From Hyaloraphidium curvatum SAG 235-1 (Eukaryota; Fungi; Monoblepharomycota), in contig JAIVFI010000021.1 of NCBI GenBank assembly GCA_025558095.1, forward strand, positions 1 to 64,000: a DNA stretch of 64,000 bases, written 5' to 3'. The notes beneath the pieces are model-generated. The model was given only the letters and a program-made list of their open reading frames with translations, was not told the origin of the DNA and searched no databases. The translations under genes and the position numbers were made by a program. Shown here piece after piece: positions 55,930 through 64,000 of this stretch; position 1 is the stretch's first letter; the number at the start of each line of letters is the position of its first letter.

Positions 55930-56916
55930 TCATGCCGTCGCGTACCCGTCCCTCTCCCACATCCTCCCGGTTTTCAGCCTCCTGTTCTCGGCCTCCAGCT
56001 CCCTCGTCCGCTTCTCCAGCGCCTCCATCTTCTCCCTCTTCTTGCCGCGCGCCCGGCGCGAGTACTCGCTGGCCTGCTTGCGGCGCAGCAGCACGTTCTC
56101 GACGCACCGCGCGAGCTCGTCCGGGCCCAGCAGCAGCGACGAGCGGCCGAAGAGGGTCAGCGCGGTCGACTCGAGGATGTGCGGGGGAATGTCGTCCGGC
56201 GACTTTTGCGCGCCCCTTCGGCGGCGCGGGGGTGTGGTGGTCCCCGGGCGCGGCGGGGGCGAGTCGCGGGGGCGGCGCCGCTTCGGGGTGGGCGCGTCCG
56301 CACTGACGGCGCTGTCCGAGGGGGTGGGTAGCGAAATGGGCAGGAGGCTCGGGGTGCCGAGCAGGCTGAGGCTGCTGGAGGTGTGGTCCATGGCGAATAT
56401 GTCGTCCGCCGGGTCGGTGAAGAAGGGCAGGCTCGGCAGCGGGGCGTTGGGGTTGGCGAGCAGCTGGAACGCGCCAATGTCCGGGGCGGGCGGCATGGCG
56501 GGCATGGCGGCCAGCGGACCCGGGCTGCCGATCGGCAAGCCGCCCTGGAGAGGCGTCACGTAGACGATGTCGCGCGGCAGGGGCTGCGCGAGGGCCTGCG
56601 CGAGCGGCGCCGGCGTCCCCGGCAGCGGCGGCGAGTTGACGAGCAGCTGCGGGCCGGCGAGCACCCAGCCAGGCGGCAGTGCGGGCAGCGCGAGCGGCGC
56701 AACGGCGGCGTGCGGCAACAGCGGTGACAGCGGCGTCGGCACGCGCCACAGGCCGGCCGGCAGCCCCGGCGGCGCGTCCGCGAAGGCGAGCGGGAACGGC
56801 AGCGGGCGCGGCGCGGCCAGCGACGGCGACGGCGGCACGGTCGACATCGGCCCGGATGAGCGCCGCCGCGGCGGCCGCGGCGGCCGCGGCGAGGCGGAAG
56901 GGGGCCGGCCCTCCAT
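55930..56916 (-). CDS. bZIP transcription factor-like protein, copy 2 (variant basic region)
   Basis: PDDIPPH...LF...LL..DELA.C block and W..DGYAT terminus shared with copy 1; RRKQASEYSRRARGKK then MEALEKRTRELEAENRRLK. Confidence 0.82.
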   Translation of the reverse strand: MEGRPPSASPRPPRPPRRRSSGPMSTVPPSPSLAAPRPLPFPLAFADAPPGLPAGLWRVPTPLSPLLPHAAVAPLALPALPPGWVLAGPQLLVNSPPLPGTPAPLAQALAQPLPRDIVYVTPLQGGLPIGSPGPLAAMPAMPPAPDIGAFQLLANPNAPLPSLPFFTDPADDIFAMDHTSSSLSLLGTPSLLPISLPTPSDSAVSADAPTPKRRRPRDSPPPRPGTTTPPRRRRGAQKSPDDIPPHILESTALTLFGRSSLLLGPDELARCVENVLLRRKQASEYSRRARGKKREKMEALEKRTRELEAENRRLKTGRMWERDGYATA

Positions 56917-57987
56917 GCAGTGGCGACACCGACTCGAATGCCCGATCGGCGAGATAGGCGCCCTCAGTTCGCGCAGCGCCGCCGAAACGGTGTGCCGACG
57001 CGTCCAGTCCGTCCGGCCGGCGGGAGCGGCCCCGGCCAGCGCGGGAGGGCCGTGTTTGCAGATAGTCCGGTCCCCGACGGTGATTAGGTGACGAAACCTG
57101 GCAATTGGTCTCGAACCACGTCCTTGCGGTTACCGCCGCCGCACGGCCACACGCCCGGCGCACCGTCCCCCGCACGGCCGCCTCGCCGAGTCCCGACGCG
57201 TCCAAAGAGGTGTTAATGCGCTGCTCCGCGTCGCCGTACGTGCACGCCCGGGGGGATGCCGCAGAGTTTGCGCCCTGGAATTTGGTCAGCGTTCCAGCCC
57301 GGCCGGTCTGCGACCGCCGCCCGACCGCTTCAAGCCGCCGGCACGCGCATCGTGCCGCCCTCGGCCGACGATCGAGATCCTGCTGACCCGCCCGGTAGCC
57401 ACTCGGAACCGCTTAAACCGTCCGGATCGTCGACTCCACGAACACCCCCGCCTTGCCGACCCGCACCCGCCGGCGGTCCGGAACCGCAACTCAAGGTCCG
57501 ATATCGGATTGTGCGCGCCCCAGCCGCAGTCCTCAACCGATCCGTCTCCGCAGCAGGGTCCGCAAGGATCGCCGGCGATGTTCCGCACCCCGCGGCCCCG
57601 TTCGGGCGCTGTCCGGCCGGTCTGAGAGTCGCTGTCCTTGCGCTCACCTTGCGCTCCGTGGTTCCCGTGTCCCGCCCCGCATCGCCGCTCGGGGGTTTCT
57701 TCGACATTGCTCATCGCACCAGCCGCCGGCCGGTGGCAACCTGGGGCGCGTGCCCCGAAAGCCGGTCGATCGCGCTGGGTCCCGCCGGCGGACTGAGGCG
57801 TCCGAACGCGGCACGGAGCCGGCCGGTCCGTTCGGCGCGGCCGGACCGGCCAGTCGGCCAGTGGTCGGGCACGGGTGGCCGATCCTCCGGAACCCCACAC
57901 CCGCCTCCACATGTCTTTCTCCTCGATGCTCCTGACCGTCGTTTCCGTGACTGACGTAGGTCAGGCGCACCAATCCGACCCGCAGCC

Positions 57988-59012
57988 TCAGCTCGCGCTC
58001 GATCCTGCCGAGGCCCTGCGCGGTATGCCGAAGAAGCAGCCGTTGGTGACGAGCTTCCGGGCGTGCGGCACGGCGGTGCAGAGGAGCTGGGTGGGGAAAA
58101 CATCCACATCGAGGCGTTCAATTCCCCGCTGCGCCGCGCAGAAGCCGGGCCACCACTCCGGCTCCTTCGAATTGTAGTGCCAGTTGTGCAAGTGTAGACG
58201 AGGATGCAGAGCCATTGACGTAGGCATCGCGCGGACATTTACGTCGATTTCGTCGAGGAGGCCCACGAGACGAGGATGGTCCTTGGCGAGGGTCTTGAGC
58301 AGATGGTTGGAGCTTTGTCCCCACTTGAAGCGAATAGAGCGCAGTTTCGGACACTCTTCGAGCCCCCGCAGAACGTCGTGCGACATTCCGTCCCACAGGT
58401 CCGTGAAATAGAGCTCCTCCGAGGTGGCCGGAAACGCGCTGTGCTGCAGCAGGGACCGTGCCCGCGATCCCTCGGGGAGAGCGGCGAGGGCCTTCAGATT
58501 CGGGAGGTTTCCGACGAGTCCCATGTGCGCGAAAACATTCTCGTCGCCTTTAAGCCAGATCTTCTCGACGTTGCGGGGAGATTCGAGACACTCCCGGATC
58601 TGGTGGGAAAGGAGACGCGCCCCGGGATCCGGATGGCGGCAACTAAAGCGCAAGCCGAACACGAGCTCGCGGATCATGCCCGAGAGGTCCGGATTCCCCA
58701 GGACCCGGCGGAAAAGGAGGAAGCGCGGCGCGTCGAACCCGCCGACTTCGGCGGAACGCTGGAGGAGCGGTATGGCCGCGCCGTAGAGACTCCCGCGCAG
58801 CGAGCAAGTATCGCCCTGCCAAAGTACCCGCGCCCGACGTAGAGAAGGACCTCGGTCCACAGTTCGGGGGGGAGCCGCGGCGCCTCCCGCGCGTTGGAGT
58901 TGGCGGTGGGAACCGCGGCGCCCCCGAGTCCAGTGCCCGCCGGCTCCACCGTTTCAAAGCTCGCGGGTAGAAACTCCGGTTGTGGACGAGAGCGGCGGGG
59001 GTCGCGCTCCAT
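57988..59012 (-). pseudogene. Frameshifted F-box-like/LRR-like gene
   Basis: PRLPPELWTEVLLYV...ILARCA in one frame continues as SLYGAAIPLLQRS...LPNLKAL...CPKLRSIRF in another (shift near 58795) with no intron signals at the junction. Confidence 0.7.
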
Positions 59013-60405
59013 TGTTGGCGACCGGGGGCTGCTCGGTTACGCGGACTCGTTACTTGCGGCCGGGCGATCAGTCAGAGAAAGAGAACATCACCGAACGACT
59101 CCATTCGGATCGGACACTACTTAAAAGACCTCCTTTCGTCTTTCCCTCTCCAGGATCTTCATCATCTTTCGTCCACCCGATTTGTGCCGTAGGCGCTGGG
59201 ACGGCCGGAGTCGATGCCCAGATCGCGGACGCCTCACTGCCCTGGAGCCCCTTCAACCTCCGTCACCTGCAGTAATAACGAGCAACGGCTGCTTGCGGAT
59301 CCAACGAACGCGCCGGCTTGTGAGTGTGGCTTCGGTTTGCCACCGCTCCCAAGCTGACGGCTCGGTGAGCGGGAAGCGCAAGATGCCCCCGGAAACCGGA
59401 CCCCGTGCCGAGACGATGGATCTGAGCACTCACCGGGACGTTGCTCGCCTCTATTTGCCCACAGGCTAATTCGCCGTGCGGCCGGCCGGCTGGCTGGAGC
59501 GTAGGGCATGCCGCAGCCGATCGTGCGGCACGGACGGACGCCAAACACCGAAAGGACACTATCGCCCAACGCACGGCAACTGCGTGCCTTGCTCCCATCT
59601 TCTCCAGGCTCCGCACAGATGGCCTTACGGTGCCACCTCCCCCCCGCGCCGTTCGCGCTCGGCGCCCTGTGGGGGTTCCTCCTCGGGATGCTGCTGTTCC
59701 CCCTCGGACCCAAATGAGCGCACCGGCCCCGAGCTATGAGCCTACTCCTGATTATCGACTCGGAAACGGCCTGCCGAAAGGGCGGCTTGGGCCCCGGCGC
59801 GAGAGCGAAAGTTCGGGAGGACTGTGATGGCCGGGGCCGCGTCACGCTAGCTGGCGCTTCGGGAGAACCCCGCCATAGCGTGCCGCCCCGAGGACCATTT
59901 CGGCACGCGGTTGAAAAGGTCCCGCAGTGGAGCGAAGGTTCGTGGCGCAGGGATAGGATGCGGAAGGACAGAAAGCCGAGGGCTAGTAAAGGGGGGGAGC
60001 TGCGGCCGGTGCGCCGGTAGAGGACGGTTCGGGCGCGGAAAGCATACATCTGCAGAGAAATCAATCATCGGTGGCTACTTCATACGTCCCTTGTGTTGCA
60101 TGTCTGGGGAAAAGCTTGTTATGGTGCGCAGAGTTTCTCCGATCAGCAAAATATTCGGTGGCAAAGTCCATGACAACGATCCGCATTCAGACTCGCAGCG
60201 CCGACCACTCTATTCACGTCCAAGGAAACACGATCAGTATGAGTCTCGAAGCCGCCCCTGAATCGCGGTCAAACTTGCGCGAGTTGGCCGCGGTGGAGCC
60301 ACCGGCCGAGGGTCTGCGGAGTTGCGCCCCAAAGCGGCTTGCGGCACTGCGGCATCCCCAAACACAGCGCAGACGCGCAGATGGGGCCCCCGCCCTGCGG
60401 CGGTC

Positions 60406-62127
60406 ATGTTTGAAACAATGCGCAACCGCGCTCCGTCCCCGCGGCGGCTGCTGTCTTCGGCGATGCCAGCGTTTGCGCTGGGCGCGGGGTTCGGCCTGCT
60501 CGTCGCATTCCTCGTGCACCGCTCGGGCGCCTCGTTGCACCTGCCGGCCTCGTTGCTGTCGGTGCAGGCGCAGGACGGCGAGCTCGTTGCCCGGCTGGAC
60601 GGCGCGGCCGCCTTGTCGCGCACTTCGCCGCACGCCAACCGCGCGGGGCAGCTCTCCCCGGCGCAGCTCGCCCTCGGCCCGCGCTCCGAAGCCGCCCTGT
60701 CCTTCTACGCTCCCCTCATCCGCTCCCTATCTGCCCTCGGGCCGCCTGCACCCGAGTGCTTCCGCCCCGACGCCCCGCCGCGGCGGTTCGACACTGTTTT
60801 GGTGGTCGCCCAGGGCCGGTCGGGGTCGACCTCTCTCGTGCGGCTGCTCAACTCGGCCTTCAAATGCTACAATGTGCGGGGCGAGAACTCGGGCATCTTC
60901 TCCGCCCTGGGATCGTTCGCCGCCGCCCGGGCGAAGACGGGCGCCCAGGGGCCGGCAAATGGCTGGGACCGCGAGCCCTGGTCGCAGGCCAGCCTGAAGC
61001 GCAAGCCGGCCTGGTTCAACCGGTACGACGACGGGCGCTCGGACGGCCTGCTGCGGCTCCTCGCTGGCGAGATGATACAGCACGTCCCGGGCCTCGTGAC
61101 GAGCGGGTTCAAGTCTATCACCCTGTTCCTGGAGGGCAACGGCGGCATCAGGTGGAACGCGTCGCTGGCCTTCATCGACCACTGGATCGACCTGTTCCCG
61201 CGCACGGCGATCATCCTGCTTTCCAGGCCGGGCGTCGAGAAGAGCGGCTGGTGGAGGTCAACGCGGTCGTCGGACCGTCTCCTTGCCAAGCAGCACGCTT
61301 GGATGCGCGAGTTCCACGGCCTCGTGCAGGGCGGGCGATACAGGGACCCCGCGCATCCCGACCGGCGCGTCGAGTCGGCCGAGCTCGACTACGCGGACCT
61401 CGTCTCGTGCCACCCCGGATCTTCGATCCAGCGGATGTACGATGTCTTGGACGAGCCCTGGAACGAAGGCGCTTGTCGCCAGATCATGGCCCACAACGTC
61501 GAGGACAACGGCCTGGCCGACAGCGGCTCCCAGTTCTCCCCCGAGCAGGGTTCCCGCGGATTCACGTACGGGTACAGACTGCTGGACGCGCCGAGCGAGA
61601 CCCCCTCCGATCCGGCCCATTACGGCGCCGCGATCGGCGGCTTCGTGCCCTTCACCGACTTCACCAACGGGTCGATCGGGATGGAGCACCGCGCGCAGCC
61701 GTTCCCCGGGAACAAGACCCGCGTGGCGGTGGCCAAGGGCTTCTCCGTCCCGACCGCGGACGTGGTCGAGGGGGGCAAGATCGTGCTGGCGGCTGCCTGC
61801 ACACGGTTTGTCTCGCGGTCGGCGCTGCAGGCGGACGCCGTCGCCCGGGTCCCGGGGTTGCTCTCGCCCTGCAAGTCGGCGCACAAGGGCTTCGCGGTGC
61901 TCCTGCTCGTGCGCGACAAGGTGTCGGCGGGTGCGTTCGTCGAGCTCGGCGGCAACGGGACTTATGTGCGAGCTCCGTTCGACGCGGCGGCTGGGGAGGA
62001 GCCCGAGATGTGCGTGCTGCCCACCTTCGACGGTCGAAGGGAGGCCGGATGGCACCGGATGTGCGTCCCGCTGCTCTCGCAGCTCGTAATCATGCGAAGG
62101 GGAGGGGAGGCGGCCGCCTTCCAATAG
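60406..62127 (+). CDS. Type II membrane sulfotransferase-family protein with an unassigned C-terminal beta-rich domain
   Basis: N-terminal TM (FALGAGFGLLVAFLV), PSB loop VVAQGRSGSTSLVRLLN, VRGEN, GFKSI, FPRTAIILLSR, LDYADL; intronless. Confidence 0.75.
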   Translation: MFETMRNRAPSPRRLLSSAMPAFALGAGFGLLVAFLVHRSGASLHLPASLLSVQAQDGELVARLDGAAALSRTSPHANRAGQLSPAQLALGPRSEAALSFYAPLIRSLSALGPPAPECFRPDAPPRRFDTVLVVAQGRSGSTSLVRLLNSAFKCYNVRGENSGIFSALGSFAAARAKTGAQGPANGWDREPWSQASLKRKPAWFNRYDDGRSDGLLRLLAGEMIQHVPGLVTSGFKSITLFLEGNGGIRWNASLAFIDHWIDLFPRTAIILLSRPGVEKSGWWRSTRSSDRLLAKQHAWMREFHGLVQGGRYRDPAHPDRRVESAELDYADLVSCHPGSSIQRMYDVLDEPWNEGACRQIMAHNVEDNGLADSGSQFSPEQGSRGFTYGYRLLDAPSETPSDPAHYGAAIGGFVPFTDFTNGSIGMEHRAQPFPGNKTRVAVAKGFSVPTADVVEGGKIVLAAACTRFVSRSALQADAVARVPGLLSPCKSAHKGFAVLLLVRDKVSAGAFVELGGNGTYVRAPFDAAAGEEPEMCVLPTFDGRREAGWHRMCVPLLSQLVIMRRGGEAAAFQ

Positions 62128-62345
62128 TCTTTGGCTCCAAGCTCCACCACCGCTCAATCAGCTATAGCTTCTGTCTTCATACTCAGGCGTGTACATAATG
62201 GCCGGGCTACTACACTACTCTGCATAGATGTCTTGGAGCTGAAGCGAACCCGGCGCTCCTTCGGAAAGCGACTGCACTCCCGCCGTCTTGCGCAAAATGC
62301 CCCTCGGCATGTTCATGCAGTGCGGTCCTGGATCACCAGCAGCGG

Positions 62346-62877
62346 TCACCAGCGCCCGAGGAACCACGCCACGTGCACCGCGGCCATCACGGCATGCACG
62401 CCAGCGTCGAACGCCGTCGACCAGAAGTGCCAGCGGTGCCTCGCCATGCCCAGTTTCCTCAGCCGCATCTTGTTGTCCGCGATCGCGCTCCACTCGACGA
62501 TTTCCTTGACGTGCTTGGCCCGTACTCCCCAGTAAACCACGTACCAGGTGTGCTGGATGAGCTGCAGGCCCGAGAGGAACAGCAGGAACCTCGCCGGGCG
62601 GCTCCCCGCGGCGCGGAACGGGAACCCTAGAGCCAGGGCCGAGAGGAAGACGGTCATGGCGTCCCAGATGAAGTACATGACGCGGCCGAATAACTGCTTC
62701 TGCGTGTACGGTGTGCCCAGTCCGAAAAGCACCTGGATGCCGGGGGTCGGCGGGGGAGGACCAGGGTCTGCATGGCGGGCCCACCTTCGAGTGCAGGGCC
62801 GCGTGCAGGGCTTCGGTGGCCAGGAGCACCCCGTGGATGGTGGTGGGCGAGAGGAGAAAGCCGGTGGTGCCCGGCAT
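62346..62877 (-). CDS. Small multi-pass membrane protein with conserved His/Glu/Asp motifs, copy 1
   Basis: Intron 62784-62733; IHGVLLATEALHAALHSKVLF...YFIWDAMTV...QLIQH...IVEWSA...STAFDAGVHAVMAAVH. Confidence 0.8.
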
Positions 62878-63030
62878 CTTGGATTCGAGGGCCTGGTTTG
62901 GTGGTTGACCAGGGTTGACGGGACGAAGAAACGCCGCCTAGCTTTGTCTCCCATCTGATCCGAACCAAACTCTACTACTCTACATCTGGGAGAGGCGAAA
63001 CGGCCCAAGATTCTACGGCCGCCGATCCAT

Positions 63031-63623
63031 TCACCACCACCCCGCCAACCACGCCGCATGCGCCCCCGCCATCGCCGCATGCACCCCCGCATCGTACGCC
63101 GTCCCGGCCCACTTGACCGCGTGCTTGAACCCCCCGAACCTCTCCCTCCTTTCTTTCCCGGATCCCATCGCGCTCCACTCCAGGATCGCCTCGACGTGCG
63201 CGGCACCCGAGTGCCAGGAGAGGACGTAGCGGAGGTGCTGCGCGATCTGTGCGGCGGCGAGGAGGGAGAGCAGGCCGTGGGCCGCAAAAGGGGAGCGGGG
63301 CAGGGCGGGGAAGAAGAGGGAGAGGGACAGGGCGGAGAGGAGGACGGTGAGGGCGTCCCAGATGAAGCTGGGTGGCGCGGAGGGACGCCCGTCAAAAACC
63401 GTGACGTGGCTCGCAGGCGCGGGGAACGGGCACCCACTATGCCAAGCGGGAGCGGAGTTGTTGCTCTGTCATGGGTTTGCCGATGGCGAAGAGGACCTGC
63501 GGTCGGGCACCGGCTTCGCATGACGTCCCCGAGTGGCGCGCAGACCTTCGCGTGGGTCGCGACGTGGAACAGCTCCATGCCCAGGAGCACGAGATGTCGG
63601 GTGTCCGGGCCGATGTACGACAT
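63031..63623 (-). CDS. Small multi-pass membrane protein with conserved His/Glu/Asp motifs, copy 2
   Basis: Introns 63545-63497 and 63437-63368; RHLVLLGMELFHVATHAKVLF...YFIWDALTV...QIAQH...ILEWSA...GTAYDAGVHAAMAGAH. Confidence 0.8.
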
Positions 63624-63785
63624 GGTGGAGCCAAATTCGGTGGAGGTTGCTGCGGGAGGGGTTGACGTGGCCTTTTGTTGTTCTGACCCACTGGCCACGT
63701 CACTTGCCGAGCGCCATCGTGCGAACCTCGTTCATAAGCTTAGCATCACAAACCTCAACAGCCGCATGGGAGCCACCCCAATGCT

Positions 63786-64000
63786 CTAAGTCCCGGCCAA
63801 CCCCTTCATCGCCCTGCGGCACTCCTCCGCCCCCAGCTTCCCCCCCGCGAGGTCCACCATCCTCCCCACCTTCTCCCCGCACCCCAGCGCCTCGTCCAGC
63901 CCCACCACCACCGCCTCCACCTCTGCCCCCGCGAGGTCGACCACCGACCCCCGCGGGCCGTACCGCTCCCCCGCGGCGACGCTCGACGCGACCTCGCGGA
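63786..64000 (-). CDS. 3' end of a gene entering from the right edge; product unknown
   Basis: Open GC3-rich frame ...REVASSVAAGERYGPRGSVVDLAG...ECRRAMKGLAGT* ending at TAG 63786. Confidence 0.55.
   Translation of the reverse strand, partial: REVASSVAAGERYGPRGSVVDLAGAEVEAVVVGLDEALGCGEKVGRMVDLAGGKLGAEECRRAMKGLAGT

Noticed and set aside
1-64000. Prokaryotic origin, operons, rRNA/tRNA genes
   Set aside because: Consistent spliceosomal introns restore conserved motifs throughout; no cloverleaf or rRNA-like sequence was recognised by eye (tRNAscan/Infernal not run).

Overview
GC-rich, gene-dense eukaryotic DNA with short spliceosomal introns (mostly 50-70 nt, GTGGGT/GTGCGC/GTGAGT donors, CTGAC/CTCAC branch points, YAG acceptors). 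Many ORFs in the supplied track are therefore exon fragments or shadow frames. Gene content (fungal-type Trk transporter, Ca3427-like protein, Gcn4-like bZIPs, plus VWA8 and a prominin-like protein) suggests an early-diverging fungus such as a monoblepharid/Hyaloraphidium-like organism; this is inference, not shown. About 28 intact or edge-truncated genes could be reconstructed by hand: leishmanolysin-like protease, Old Yellow Enzyme, Ca3427-like PBP, Trk, VWA8, atypical thioredoxin, aldo-keto reductase, GH26, prominin-like, Tdp1, GST, ankyrin protein, two sulfotransferases, a CYP20-like P450 and several unknowns. Local duplication is pervasive: about nine intronless F-box/LRR-like loci (half of them decayed), three TM-RING copies, two bZIPs, two head-to-head paralogues of an uncharacterised domain and two tandem His-motif membrane proteins. 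Most notable are (i) a signal-peptide-bearing, TM-less, non-RD protein kinase bracketed by ~236-bp direct repeats, (ii) an inverted duplication of an F-box + RING gene pair with reciprocal pseudogenisation, (iii) a CYP20-like P450 next to a bacterial-type aryl sulfotransferase, and (iv) an unrecognised family of putative metal-binding membrane proteins. No rRNA, tRNA, CRISPR array or transposase was recognised. All family assignments are from motif recognition by eye; no database search was run.
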